In this document: one piece after another, positions 30,201 through 40,762 of the stretch
Layout: each line of letters opens with the position of its first letter
Numbering within the stretch: the first letter of the stretch is position 1
Assembly: GCA_002633005.1 (NCBI GenBank)
Contig: NMRA01000008.1
Coordinates: forward strand, 2,029,942 to 2,093,941
Length of the DNA stretch: 64,000 nt
Direction of reading: 5' to 3'
DNA from: Phoronis australis
Lineage: Eukaryota; Animalia; Phoronida
Translations under genes and position numbers: made by a program
Notes under the pieces: generated by a model
What the model saw: the letters and a program-made list of their open reading frames with translations, nothing else
What the model was told of the DNA's origin: nothing
Databases searched by the model: none

Positions 30201-33200
30201 TGGTACCACTAATGTTTATTCACAAAGACTTTGTTGAGGATTACAGGAGTTACACTAATTACTTTGCGTGTGATGTCACCATGCCTTATTTGTGCATCTT
30301 GAGGTGCTTCATTACATTGTTGTTTTTGATTTTTACCTAGGCTGTGTTGTTTTTCTCTGACATCACCAACAACAGAACCAACAGCCGTTTTCCTTAGTTG
30401 TATTGCATACAACTAAAAATATCATTAATGCAAGCGCAGACCCCTGGAGTCACTCCTATTCCCAAAGCAAGTCAAAAGCCCAAAGCATCAGATGAGAGTT
30501 TCACTCTCTGCTTTCTGTGTCTAAGATAGTCGGTAAATTTGGATGGGGGGGAAACTGCTCATTCCGTACACTCTTTTGGCGGCAAGTTTTGAATGAGGCA
30601 TAACATCGAAAGCCTTAGTTAGGTCTATCAATATGACCCCCACAAACTGGTCTTGATCAACAGCGTTGATGCTCGTTTGTGTCATTTTGTCGTGTTTTAT
30701 TATAAGTTTCCATTAAATGTTTTCAATAAATTGACTGTTTCATGGTGTGATTAAAACGGTCTCTGTAGTTGCGATTGACACAAAAGCGAGACCATTGCAA
30801 GGATGCTAGAAAAGAGTTTTTTGTGTGTAATTATAATATTTTACCCGTTCCCTCCAGCTGTGACGTGCTGATGGTTAGTGGAGCTCTGGCCTCTCACGCC
30901 CACACTGTGTCGTCACTTTATAAAGCCCTGTGTGACCGCATGGACTTTAAGAAGCACAAGGCGGAGCTAGTACTGGCACCAGGCGTGGCTAATGTGTTGG
31001 ATGAGAGCGTAAGTGACAGCTGGCATCTTGATGCATTAAAATGACAGTTGAATATGATATTTTACATAGTAGTTTATTTATGTATTACATGTTGTTGTAC
31101 CACACTGTTTCAAGAAAAAATGCCCTCCACCTCATTTTCATTGATTAAAAGTCATTTTTCCCTTTTTTCAAAGGCTTCACATGCGTATCTCAGCTAATTT
31201 TTGTGAACTAGTTGACTTGGTAACCACCATCTCTTTTATGACTTTAATTGATTAAGAACAGGTTTCGAAAAGTAACTTGTGCTGTTTTGATTGTTTTCTT
31301 TTCGTTGCTCTGATGGAACTAAAAAAGGAAACCAATAGTAGATCAACATTGTTTTGAAAATTAAGCTCGCCAGTTAGTGCTTGGCAATGTTCAGTATTAT
31401 TGTCATGCCTATTATAGTGTGCTTTTTTATTTTTTAGCCGTCGAAACTTGCAGAGACACTTCAGTATTATCTTCAGGGATTAGGTTTACGTAAGTGCCAA
31501 TAATTTTTGAAATGTAATTTGCGAAAATGTTTTCTCTGTCATAATGTAAATTGTGTCTTAAAACTGCAACTTCCTAGTTTTAACTAGACTCCCCATTGTG
31601 CTGACTGTTTTGTCATTGTGTAAAATCTCATCAGTTTTGGATAAAAGTAATTGCCAAAATTGTCCTTTCTTCGTTTTTCCTTGTTGTGAGTGGTCACATT
31701 TTTTACAAAGCATTACCTGTTGCCAGCTATGGTACTGAACTTGAGCATGAAAAGTATTAATTTGGAGCGACACCTGGTGGTAGCTGTGGTACTGAACTTC
31801 AACATGGAAAAGTATTAATTTGGAGCGACATCTGGTGGTAGCTATGGTACTGAACATTAACATGGAAAAGTATTAATTTGGAGCGACACCTGGTGGTATT
31901 TGTGGTACTGAATTTCAACATGGAAAAGTATTAATTTGGCGCGACATCTGGGGGTAGCTATGGTACTGAACTTGAACATGGAAAGGTATTAATTTGGAGC
32001 GACTCCTGGTGGTAGCTATGGTACTGAACTTGAACATGGAAAGGTATTAATTTGGAGCGACTCCTGGTGGTAGCTATGGTACTGAACTTGAACATGGAAT
32101 AGTATTCATTTGGTGTGACATACGTTTCGTTGAAAAAATGAGAAAAGAAAATTTCATTTGTCAGCCTTTTTATGTTAAAATTGGTGAAATTTTACCATAT
32201 TGATGCTTTACATTCCCTCTGTTGTGAGTTATCTGCTAAGCTGTCTGGCTTTGATTGGACAACCTAACTTTCGTATCCGTTCTGGACTTGAGACGGTGAA
32301 TATGAAATAATTTGGTCATTTACGAGCGTAAGTTTAATCCTGGGTGGCAACATTGACCCGAAGTTTCTGCTCAGTGCCTTGAGAAACAACCTAGGATAGA
32401 CTTGAGAAGACCTTGCCAAACCCATCATGTTATTGATATTTTAATTGTTACATTGGAAGGGTGGTGGTCGTTCATAACACTACTTTTTCACTTTGGGCTT
32501 AGAGGGGGTAACTAAGTCCTCATATTGGTTTAGCATTTTTTGGAAAGTTGTAAATCATGGGTGCTGTTCACACACAATAGGCCTTTAGAAATTGACATAC
32601 AAGGTCAGTGAAAGCAATTCTTTGTGAACCCTGCTCTTGGTGTACAACTGTCCCAGTTGGACTGTGTAAGTAAACAGCTTGTCAAAGGGTTTATGGTCCT
32701 GGCTGAGAAGATAATTGTTTTATTACCCATGTGGATTGGGAATAGTTGAGCCCAGAAATGTTATGTTATTTATTATGAATAGGGTGAACCTTGGAAATTG
32801 TATTGTGTCTAAATGTTTACTTATGCCTTTACAAGTTGCTGCGGTAATAGTCACTTACAGGGGTTTGAGAACTGGTTTTCTCCATTGAATAATGGTCATC
32901 AAACGGGTTCTCAAAATCCTAGATCCCTGTAACTGACTAGCTGTTGTATACAGAAACATTTTAAGTGCTCATAGTTGAAAAATAACAATGCATTCAGGAA
33001 TTTGTTGAGAACATGCAATTACAATGTTGAACATGACGCTGCTGTTGAAAATTCCCCAATATCGTCAAATTCCAAAGACTAACGTAGAACCATCGGTGTA
33101 CTGCCATTGCTCCCTTTTGAAAGTGATACTGTAGTGTTGCTAGCTTCCCATAGATGGCGCTTATGTTACATTGTGTCACGGTATACAGTACATACCAAAA

Positions 33201-36200
33201 GTATTCACACAACATGACCGGTAATTCTCTTTCATAACAGCTGCACAGAAGTCGAATTCATCGTCAGAATACCCTTCCCTCATGATGAAGATTGAAGGGG
33301 AATTTAATAACAGCAAAGATAGAATTTTGTAGTTATTACCAGTTATTTCTTCTGTCATCATAATTAGCTGTCTTGATTGTGAAGTGGCATTTTGTCGGAT
33401 TACTTTTGTCTTTTACTGTATATTTGTTGTCATTTTTCCTCAGATGATGTCAGGCAGCTCCCAAATGTATGTACAAGTGATTTGTATGGTGTAAGAGCCT
33501 TCCTGTGTTATTGCTTGTACATTTGCTCCACTCTTGTCAAGCTTGTCATGTGTAACATTATATGCACGCATTAGTATACCGAGAACTGTGATGTTGTATA
33601 CGGTTGTGTTACTGCAACGTATAAGTGGCCTCACAAAGTGTTGTGCTCTGTTTTACAGTTGGTAGTGTCCCCATGCGTCACGTGACTTCCATTCAGCGTG
33701 TCCGTACCATATCAATGGAGGAAGCTGACCTTCCCAAGTCCGCTCGATCAGGTAACGCAGCCTACTCAATGTACCTATCGTAACCTTGACATAGTGAAGT
33801 AATCATGAACATGTGATGAGTGGTAGTGTAATAAAGCTTTGAAAAAGTTTGTTCCAGCTATAAAAAATAATTGTAGCAGACGTGCGCAGGCAGCTTAGGT
33901 AGGCCCATTGCAACAATGATCACCCGAAACCGTTTTTGTTTTTTGTTGATAATTAGTTAAAACCAAGCTGAGGAGCTGGAGACCTGACTCAAGGTTTTGG
34001 CAGTGTGCCCCACTGGGACTCGAAACCATGACCTTCATTAAAGGAAGCAGACATGTGTCCCACTGGGTCACACTGCCTCCTCCTTTGATCCAACTAGTTC
34101 GATATATGTTTATATGCCCACACTTGCGTGTGTATGTGGGGGGGGGAGTAGTTGCCGTCATCATTTGCTGTTCTGCAGCTAACATCCATTGCTATATCTT
34201 CTTAACCTCTTGCAGTATATTTATGAAATTTGATATATTGTTACGAAGCAGATGACTGATGATGACAACTTCCAACAGATCCAACAGCTGCTGGGCCACC
34301 TATTGGCAATTTTATGTTCTTGCATGTGCTTCTTGATCTCTTAACTCACTTGCTGGACTTTTACAAAATTTAGCAGATGTTTTTCTGTCAAGAGGACGAC
34401 CAATACTCTTAAATCTTCTTGGCAAGCCAACTACTGCTATGCCCCAAATGACAATTTTTGTATTTTGGTTCCGTTTTTTAGTATCCGCCTCTCTATTCAA
34501 TAGTTTGAAGAATTGTCAAGAAATTTGGCAGATGTGTTTCTGTTGAACATATCATGGCTAACGCTGATTTTGGACAGATTCAAATACTGCTGTGCCCCCT
34601 ATTGGCACTTTTGTAAGGCAAAAGTGTCTTTAATTGTTCATTGTTTTCAAATCTTAAGACTGAATGGAACTGCTTTGTTTCTAATTATTACTATATTGTC
34701 ACCAATTTTCTCAATTTCATAGAACTCTGTTTTTACATAAAGTGAAAAGAATTTCTCAACAACCAATCATCCAGTTTCGAGCAAAGTTGAAAGGCCAATT
34801 GGCAAAGGTTTTATTTATTAATGTACCTGAAAGAATTACCATTTGGCCTAATAATTAGTTATGATGTTTACTTTAATAGATAAACTTTTTTGTTAGCCAT
34901 ATGTAGCAGGACCTATACTATGTATTACACTGAAGTATGCGTTGACTCTCAGGTTTTCCGTCAAGGCAGCATAACATACCACCATCGCACAAGTTATTCA
35001 ATAAAAAGCAGCGCGCTACTGGCGTGCAAAGTGTCATCTACGCTATTGACGAGTATGAGGTGGTTAACCACACGCACGCCAAGTCTGAAGAATTGCACAG
35101 TATGAATGTTACTAACGGGTTAACGCTGCTCACCTTGACCCACATCTTGCTGTTCTGCGCCCATGGCAACCACGAAACTTCAGTGGGACTCCATATTTGT
35201 CAATGACATGGCGTGGAACACAGTTTGTCAATATTCGAGTCCAGTTTCGAGTAAAACTTTCCTTGACATCTGACTAGAAAGTTAACGTCTTACTTTGAAT
35301 AAAATTCGAATGTTTTCTATTTTGAAGCATGCTATGCTATTGGACAATTTTGGAGCCAAGTCTGGAGTGAAGTTTGATGTGTTTGAAACGCGGATTACCT
35401 ACAAACGGTTGGGTACAAACAACGTAAATCCCAAATAATGCAGTATATTGATTGGTGAAAAATAGACATAAGTGACGATACCAAGCCAACAGTGGGATGT
35501 CAACTGGTTTTAACTAGTTTTAAAATACTTCCTAAGTCCCAACTACCAAGATACTTTGCAGCACATTTTCTTAAGGGAGCCAAATTTTGTCTGCGAAAGT
35601 CTCTCAAAACAGTAGCGAATCTATGATTTTGAGGATTTACGTGCTCATTTGTGTCAGGCTAGGAGGTAAACTGTTCAAAGCGTGTCAGAGATGTGTGGAT
35701 CGGCCACTATGACGCTAATCACCTCATAGTTGACAGTCACTGTTTATGGACACACCGTGTAGGAGAACCCCCGGGCTGACGTTGTCACCAGGCCAGCTTC
35801 CAGTATAGATGTGGTTGAAAGAGTGGCTGTTAATAATTTTGTTTGTTTCTTGTTCTTTCCAGTTCTCTTTTTTCTATTGGCGGAAACATGCCTGCCATTT
35901 TTAAAGTGTGATTGGTTGTGTATGCAATTGATTACAAAGACTTGGAATGCTAAGACTCTTCAAGTCATAACACATTATTTTTGTTCTCTTTTACACTTGA
36001 TGTACCAGTTAGGCATAAGTAAGGTTACCTCTATAGTCCTATGAACTCTCCCATGAAAAGACGGAAGAAAACATGCCTCGACCTTTTCACGATAACAAGA
36101 TTTCTGTGATGTACATCTTGCTCACCTCCTGTTGGGTAGAGGTGTATGTCAGCATTCTCTTGTCTCGCTGGTAGGTTTCATTCTACTTGGAGGGCTCATG

Positions 36201-36751
36201 TCTCATAATCCTTTGCAGACACCCCACAAATTTCCAATTCCATAAAAATGTCAGTGTAAGTCTTCCACTGAACGTAGACGTTCCTTCTCACCAGGGGTGC
36301 ATTCTGTAACCACTGCCACTGTTGAGACACATGCAACAAGAAATCTTGGCTGTTCATTATGGAAATGTGGAATTTTCCAGGTGTTCACCCACTATTATCT
36401 CCCATGTACCAGCATTCTATTCACTATGCTAGTGTGTGCTAGTTAGGTCGCAGCTTACTCAGAAAGCAGTTGTGAGATCTTACATTACACTAGCGTCATC
36501 TAGTGTGCTCGCGTCAAACTCTGAAGGAACTTCTTTTTTAACTTGTGCTCATAGTTCAGTTTGTATGTCAACGATATCTACAATATAAAGCATTTCATTT
36601 CATCCCTTCAGGCTCTCTGGCTGGCAGCCCACCCCAGGCCAGCCCCTTGTCCACAAGCCCCCCAAAGGAACAGATGGGCTCCAGTCCCCAGAAGGAGAGC
36701 CCTCTCAGCACAAATACTACTGGTGCAGAGGGAGACGTTCTCATCAACTAG
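3221..36751 (+). CDS. NDRG: NDRG-family (Ndr) alpha/beta-hydrolase-fold protein, ZK1073.1-like; spliced gene, 13 confident coding exons plus a probable ATG exon
   Basis: Joined exons give HHAIETDIGVLNCYVQ-GKITSAGFVILTVHDLGCNH-TMWHNFINHSSMVEITKRTAYIHIDLPGQED...FPTMQQIAEALPKVLDEL-KIKTVVCLGEGAGANVLARFA...INPHNLKLFVDSFMSR...PSKLAETLQYYLQGLGL...RVRTISMEEAD. These are typical NDRG motifs. All introns are GT-AG with matching phases; 1101 nt from 4470 to the stop. Confidence 0.92.
4470..4517 (+). CDS. NDRG exon (HHAIETDIGVLNCYVQ)
   Basis: tttcAG acceptor, GTAATG donor, 48 nt, phase 0-0. Confidence 0.85.
5345..5570. repeat. Interspersed repeat family, copy 1 (others ~11905-12175 and ~22950-23360)
   Basis: Shares 'tgataatt...aac(c)tgtaacagcatttttga' and 'gtgacc..attaatggca...aagtcaaaaa..caaattctaca' with the other copies. 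Confidence 0.6.
6339..6396 (+). CDS. NDRG exon (GKITSAGFVILTVHDLGCN-H)
   Basis: ttttgcAG / GTAAGT, 58 nt, phase 0-1; LTxHDxGxNH motif. Confidence 0.92.
10722..10912. mobile_element. MITE-like foldback element
   Basis: ~55-bp imperfect TIRs: tagaccttattcgcacagtcaccatttt... / ...aaatggcgattgcgtgaataaggtgta. Confidence 0.65.
11396..11554. repeat. 22-bp minisatellite x ~7
   Basis: Unit tagcaaactgttagtaaaccgc. Confidence 0.9.
11676..11793 (+). CDS. NDRG exon (TMWHNFINH...HIDLPGQEDSAQPLPA)
   Basis: ttatAG / GTAAGT, 118 nt, phase 1-2; HIDxPGQE motif. Confidence 0.93.
11905..12175. repeat. Interspersed repeat family, copy 2
   Basis: 'accctagaaaa...taattt..gctaactt...tctcagaaatgg..gatc.gattc' also present at 22951. 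Confidence 0.6.
12228..12390. repeat. 32-bp minisatellite x5 with internal hairpin
   Basis: Unit cagttaggccacgcctaccgtggctaccatct; gccacg/cgtggc inverted repeat in each unit. Confidence 0.9.
12850..12885 (+). ncRNA. Degenerate Penelope-type minimal hammerhead ribozyme motif
   Basis: CTGAGGA-T-GAGACC-atgt-GGTCTC-GCAA (GAAA with one substitution), then palindromic TAGCTA. Confidence 0.45.
12975..13110. repeat. 34-bp minisatellite x4
   Basis: Unit gagtatgtattaggctatacagtagtgctttcaa. Confidence 0.92.
14064..14126 (+). CDS. NDRG exon (YKFPTMQQIAEALPKVLDEL)
   Basis: Poly-T cAG / GTATGT, 63 nt, phase 2-2. Confidence 0.92.
14277..14552. mobile_element. MITE with perfect 14-bp TIRs (CAG termini, hAT-like)
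   Basis: cagggatattcctg ... caggaatatccctg; no clear TSD. Confidence 0.55.
15328..15388 (+). CDS. NDRG exon (IKTVVCLGEGAGANVLARFA), pseudo nucleophile elbow
   Basis: ttccAG / GTAAGT, 61 nt, phase 2-0; GxGAGAxxLxRFA motif. Confidence 0.93.
15910..16154 (+). repeat. ~97-bp tandem triplication including an NDRG splice acceptor and exon start
   Basis: attgtggatc...cAG|tgtagtca...tacactgggactc occurs three times (AGs ending 15929, 16026, 16124). Confidence 0.85.
16125..16211 (+). CDS. NDRG exon (CSHASRTLGLVLLHCTGTTAGFMESIKDK)
   Basis: cttacAG / GTAAAT, 87 nt, phase 0-0. Confidence 0.88.
16367..16773. mobile_element. MITE (~405 bp); partial inverted copy at ~44750-45034
   Basis: TIRs cagggcccgggtgtaatctttgtactcga / tcgagtacaaagattaaaacccaaaccctg; internal 'gataagtgtct(att)attctgtgc' shared with the reverse copy. 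Confidence 0.65.
17794..17871 (+). CDS. NDRG exon (IIGWKLDHIGINPAAEHYLVLHRFGL)
   Basis: ttgtAG / GTATGT, 78 nt, phase 0-0; YLxxHxFG motif. Confidence 0.9.
18709..18729 (+). CDS. Candidate 21-nt cassette microexon of NDRG (LIPISRV)
   Basis: ctctattttattttcAG|CTAATACCTATATCCAGAGTG|GTTAGT; phase 0-0, no stop. Confidence 0.35.
22950..23360. repeat. Interspersed repeat family, copy 3
   Basis: Aligns by eye to both 11905-12175 and 5345-5570. Confidence 0.6.
23589..23645 (+). CDS. Candidate 57-nt cassette exon of NDRG (YTCRQSRKTAFTKQKSMDG)
   Basis: tgctgttttacAG acceptor, GTAGGT donor, 19 open codons, phase 0-0 matching the host intron. Confidence 0.45.
26678..26862. repeat. 37-bp minisatellite x5, nearly perfect
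   Basis: Unit ctgctttcatgaatattttctacctcaccatggtatg; no spacers. Confidence 0.93.
28493..28608 (+). CDS. NDRG exon (VESAGNKEQLEQLITEFKTKLATQINPHNLKLFVDSFM)
   Basis: cccacAG / GTAAGT, 116 nt, phase 0-2; NPxNLxxF motif. Confidence 0.92.
28985..29050. repeat. Short hairpin / mini inverted-repeat element
   Basis: tgacccagatccagaattaggtc ... gacctaattctggatctaggtca (23-bp arms, 1 mismatch). Confidence 0.7.
29350..29385 (+). CDS. NDRG exon (RSNIANQLHNI)
   Basis: tttcAG / GTAAGT, 36 nt, phase 2-2. Confidence 0.85.
30858..31008 (+). CDS. NDRG exon (CDVLMVSGALASHAHTV...GVANVLDES)
   Basis: ccctccAG / GTAAGT, 151 nt, phase 2-0. Confidence 0.92.
31438..31489 (+). CDS. NDRG exon (PSKLAETLQYYLQGLGL)
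   Basis: Poly-T tAG / GTAAGT, 52 nt, phase 0-1; PxKLAExxxxxLQGxG motif. Confidence 0.93.
31715..32120. repeat. 58-bp minisatellite x ~7
   Basis: Unit acctggtggtagctatggtactgaacttgaacatggaaaagtattaatttggagcgac. Confidence 0.92.
33659..33751 (+). CDS. NDRG exon (GSVPMRHVTSIQRVRTISMEEADLPKSARS)
   Basis: ttttacAG / GTAACG, 93 nt, phase 1-1; RxRTxSMEEAD tail. Confidence 0.9.
33962..34080 (-). mobile_element. tRNA-derived SINE head fragment
   Basis: - strand ggcagtgTGACCCAGTGG (A box) ... aaggtcatGGTTTCGAGTCCc (B box); no complete cloverleaf. Confidence 0.5.
36612..36751 (+). CDS. NDRG terminal coding exon (Ser/Pro-rich tail, TAG stop)
   Basis: cccttcAG acceptor in phase 1; SLAGSPPQASPLSTSPPKEQMGSSPQKESPLSTNTTGAEGDVLIN*. 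Confidence 0.82.
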
Positions 36752-37962
36752 CTAGTCTGACCACCTGCCACTAGATGGTTGCACAGTCCCACAAAGGGCA
36801 GTGTCCGTTTGAAAGTGTTTGAATTCTTGTTTGTGGGAAAGAGACTGTCGTCATAATTGTACATAGAGTTGGCAGTTGTATTGGTTAAAGTGTGGTTGGT
36901 AGGCATAAGTGCTTGGAAGATTTATCCGTTTTTAGTTCACTCTGTGGCATCTAAGTAATGAGCATTAGAAAGTGTAATCCACAGAATACAATTTGGCAAG
37001 TTTTCTTTGTGTATATGTTGTTTAGTGGTTTTGGGTGGTCTGTGTCGTGACGGCTTGAAATTCTGTGTGCCAAATTAGGGGAAATACGTGCCTTTGGGTT
37101 ATAGGGAAGTACTTACTTCATATCTGTCGGAATGGAAGCCTTATGGGGGACACCATTTGTGCCCAGGTTGAAACTTGTCAACTTTGACCTCGAAGGATGT
37201 TTGAAATGACTTTTCCCTGTCTCTGTTAGGAAGTGCAATTTGTATGGGCCATTCATTTTTTCAACACGTTTGGCACTATTTTCATTTTGTTATTGGACGT
37301 CGATAGTTTTACCACAGTGTTCACCTTGTACTAAATGTTTTGTGGCACTATAAATTGTAGCTTTTCCATCTATTTTTATATTAAGTTTTATGTTGATTTA
37401 CACATTTTATGATTTACACAGTCAAAATACAGTGCTTATGTTTGGTGATGCTAGCTTGTTAATGTACTTGACTTGATGTTATTACTTCTTGCTGAAACTG
37501 AAAATACCATTTGCCAGAAAATAGCTGAATTTGAAGAATGCTGTTTGTTGGATTTCAGTGTTTTCTGTTATGTTAATGTTACCAAAAGTGCCAATGAAAC
37601 TGTGCCTTTGTTAGGTTTCACAAATAGTTCCTCTCCCGTAGGTAAAGGGGCTTGTTGCTGTCGTGATTCTTTTTGCAGGGCTTTCAGCCTTTTCTAAATA
37701 TTGAAACCTCTTTCATCCTTACTGCAATAATCCTGAAGAGGAATTCAGTACACATACAATGAAATAAAAACATGTTTATCTATTCTAACCTTGCCTGAAA
37801 TGGAAATCTGCGTCAGTGCTGCCTATTTGAAGCACCATGTTATATACATTGTTCAGCATTTGTGGTTGGCATTTTGCGTTTCCAGTCGAGAGAACTCATG
37901 TGCTCGTTTTGTAATGGCTTTTCCAATAGCTGGTCATATTTATGTTCCCTGGTTCAGTTTTT

Positions 37963-37968
37963 AATAAA
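37963..37968 (+). terminator. Likely NDRG polyadenylation signal (second candidate at 37763-37768)
   Basis: AATAAA followed by a G/T-rich tract (ttttgggtttttggttgttttg), ~1.2 kb after the stop. Confidence 0.5.
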
Positions 37969-38273
37969 CAAGAGCTTTTGGGTTTTTGGTTGTTTTGAAA
38001 ATTTACAGTAAAAAAAATCTGCAGTTTGCGGGATAATGTGAATTAAGTATTTTACCCAAGGTAAAATTTAGAGATATGGTAGGTAATTTATCTGCTGTCC
38101 CAAATTGCAGCAATAGGATCTACAACGAAGGTGACGATAAACGAACATATTTCACGAATGTATGAACTGCCTTTGATAAACACATTGTCTGATATCTGAG
38201 GATTTAGTATGAGGACCACCAAAATCGCTCATGTCTCAATCTTCAGAATCGAGACTTCAATATTGGCTTAGAC

Positions 38274-38425
38274 CAGTGGCGGATTTAGAGGGGGGGCCAT
38301 GGCCCCCGTAAAATTCTCCCAGATTCCATTAGGCAGTTCGGGGGTGTGAATGTCTGACGGGCAAAATCCTGGCTATATATGCTGTGCCCTGCTCCCCCCA
38401 ACTCAAAATCCTGGATCCGCCCGTG
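38274..38425. mobile_element. 152-bp MITE flanked by a TAGAC direct repeat
   Basis: TIRs cagtggcggat / atccgcccgtg; tagac at 38269-38273 and 38426-38430. Confidence 0.7.
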
Positions 38426-38862
38426 TAGACCCTCAAGAAAAATGATCATATGGTGATTTTGATTTTTTCTGGAGTGCCGGAGAGGTAAGATTGAAACACT
38501 GTTTTTAGAAATAAACGCTACTTGAAACTCCAGGTGATACTACTTTTTATATTCACGCCAATATTCTACATAAATTGCGCGTTCTACATAAAAAGTTCAC
38601 AATGGAGCCAATGTTGGGTTTTCCTCTCTGAGCTCTTGTGAATGAAATGTGAATGTGGAGAATCGTGCTCTTTCCGGAACACTGTGTATCCCAATTACTC
38701 TGCTAAAATACCAAAGTTTGATTCCTTGGTTTATTTTGATCTTGTGTAATCTGTTGCGCCCTTGTACTTTGGTGTTACATGGGGCGATGCTCGGACTATT
38801 GAGAACTATCCCGATGCCAAGCATAGTTGCGATTTTTATCGGATCCATCCGTCTCACATTGT

Positions 38863-39023
38863 CACTGGTGGGGCCAAGGGGGCCATGCGCCCCCCCCCCC
38901 CCTAAAATTCTCCCAGATTCCATTCCGTCGGCAGTATGGGGGTGCGAATGTCTGACGGGCAAAATCCTGGCTAATATTCTGCCCTGCCCCCCTCCCTAAC
39001 TCAAAATCCTGGATCCGCCCCTG
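38863..39023. mobile_element. Second copy of the same MITE (left TIR decayed)
   Basis: Shares taaaattctcccagattccatt...gaatgtctgacgggcaaaatcctggcta...aactcaaaatcctggatccgccc with 38274-38425. Confidence 0.75.
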
Positions 39024-40601
39024 CATGCTTATAATAGTGCCCGACTGTATTGTCTGTTGCAAGTTCATCCCGTAGGTGCCGTTTAGTCAGCGCTACGTGA
39101 AGGCTCGCGTAAAAGCCCATGGCCTTATAATCGAGTATATGTCTTTATTCCCACCAGGTCCTTTGCAATGTGCCGTGAACAAAAGCACTAATTCGAATAA
39201 CAAATTAAAGTCACGTTTTGTATTGTTTGTTTCCTTTTTCTATTATGTTTCTAAATATTTTAATGAAGTATTTTAGTCATCCAGTATTTTATTAACTATA
39301 GCAAAAATGGTTAGCTCTTAGGTGCCTTGGCAGAAAGTGATGACTAGCTTTACATCCGAAGACACGAAGGGACCTTACATTCGAATACAAGACCATGGCC
39401 TTTGAAGAGGTCCATTAATGTTACCACAATTTATCTCATCTAGCCATGGCCATATTGTTCGGGTTTCATTGTAGTTTATTGCGATAGATCATTCAGGTTT
39501 TCGCGAGATGTTATCAAGCATCACGCGAGTGCGTTACGGAATGACACCACGTTATTGCTTAGATGATGTCAGTGTAGTACACTCTGGAGAGCTTACATTT
39601 GAAAATGGGAGAACTGGTTACAAAACTTTCATGTGCTTTCATTAGAAGGTGCTGCTTTAAACTAGTGTTGTTACCTGTCTTATTTCGATAACCTGCGATG
39701 TTTTCAAGTTCATTAAACGGATGTCTGTTAAAGTTGGTAATGGGACATCTTATTTTATTTCACGTTCACAGTACAGTGTTGAATAGTATGATGCGTGCAA
39801 ATGGTGTGATTTGAGCACGTTTTAGTTTATGTTTAATTGATGTGTTCATCAATTGTGTTCCGTTATAAATAAAGCTAGATTAACAACAGTTCTGACAATT
39901 ATTTTCTTGTAGACCTACTGTGAAAGTCGATGCTTTTAGTAATCAGTAAAGCAGTCAGCAACCTTATGCAATAGGTTTCCACCAGTATTATTTGCTGACT
40001 GTTTTTGCCCGGGGAGCATCTGAAAATAAGATCCTTTTACTCGGAGAGTAGACTTGAAGAAAGGGAAACGGTTTGTAGGGAGCTTTCATTAAAACAATTA
40101 CTGTTTTGGAGCGTTTGCCTCACTGAGAAACACCTCAGACCCTTTTCAGATGCTAATTTCATAATTTTATTCCACAGATATTCTTGTACCTCTTCTTAAC
40201 TAGCCTAAGCCTGAGACCCTAGTACAAGGAGTGAAGCTGTGTTATGTGTGTTTATCCAGCCACAGTGCCTTTTTTGTGGAGTTCATGACTCCCAAAGTGA
40301 ATCCTTTACAGGGAATGTTATGGTAAAAAACGTCATTTCGTAGCAAACTTTGCTGGAAAATGCACCCTTTCGAAGGCAAATTGGTTGTGCAGTCGCCTTT
40401 CCGGAGCGGTACACCTTTGGGAAGCTGTCCTCTCCTGGAATTTTCTAGACAAGGCACCGGAATTAAGGGATTCGCTCCCTCGCATTATCGCAGACTGGAA
40501 AAGGAGGTAAATGTATATAGTCGTTACCAGTCAATGCTTTACTGCGAAATTATTTCACGTCTGTACGAGTAGTGTTGGCCATAAAAATCGACAAAGTAGA
40601 A

Positions 40602-40607
40602 TTTATT
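40602..40607 (-). terminator. Likely polyadenylation signal of the giant TSP1 gene
   Basis: AATAAA on the - strand ~80 nt after the TAG. Confidence 0.5.
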
Positions 40608-40687
40608 TTGTAATCAATCTAAATTTCAAAACCACTGTAAAACAGGCCTGTATTCTTGACTTCACTGGGGCAGGCCTGTATTCTTGG

Positions 40688-40762
40688 CTACACTGGGACT
40701 TTCCACTGTTTGTACAAGTAGTCCACTTGCTTAGCACTCAAGCTGCATTTGTAAATCCTCAA
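40688..40762 (-). CDS. Terminal exon: end of LamG domain and stop
   Basis: ttatttcAG|[24 protein letters not shown]; completes the G-x-M-x-D-L-R-I-Y motif. Confidence 0.88.
   Translation of the reverse strand: MRIYKCSLSAKQVDYLYKQWKVPV

Noticed and set aside
33962-34080. Functional tRNA gene
   Set aside because: A and B boxes are present but no proper acceptor or anticodon stems; better explained as a SINE head.
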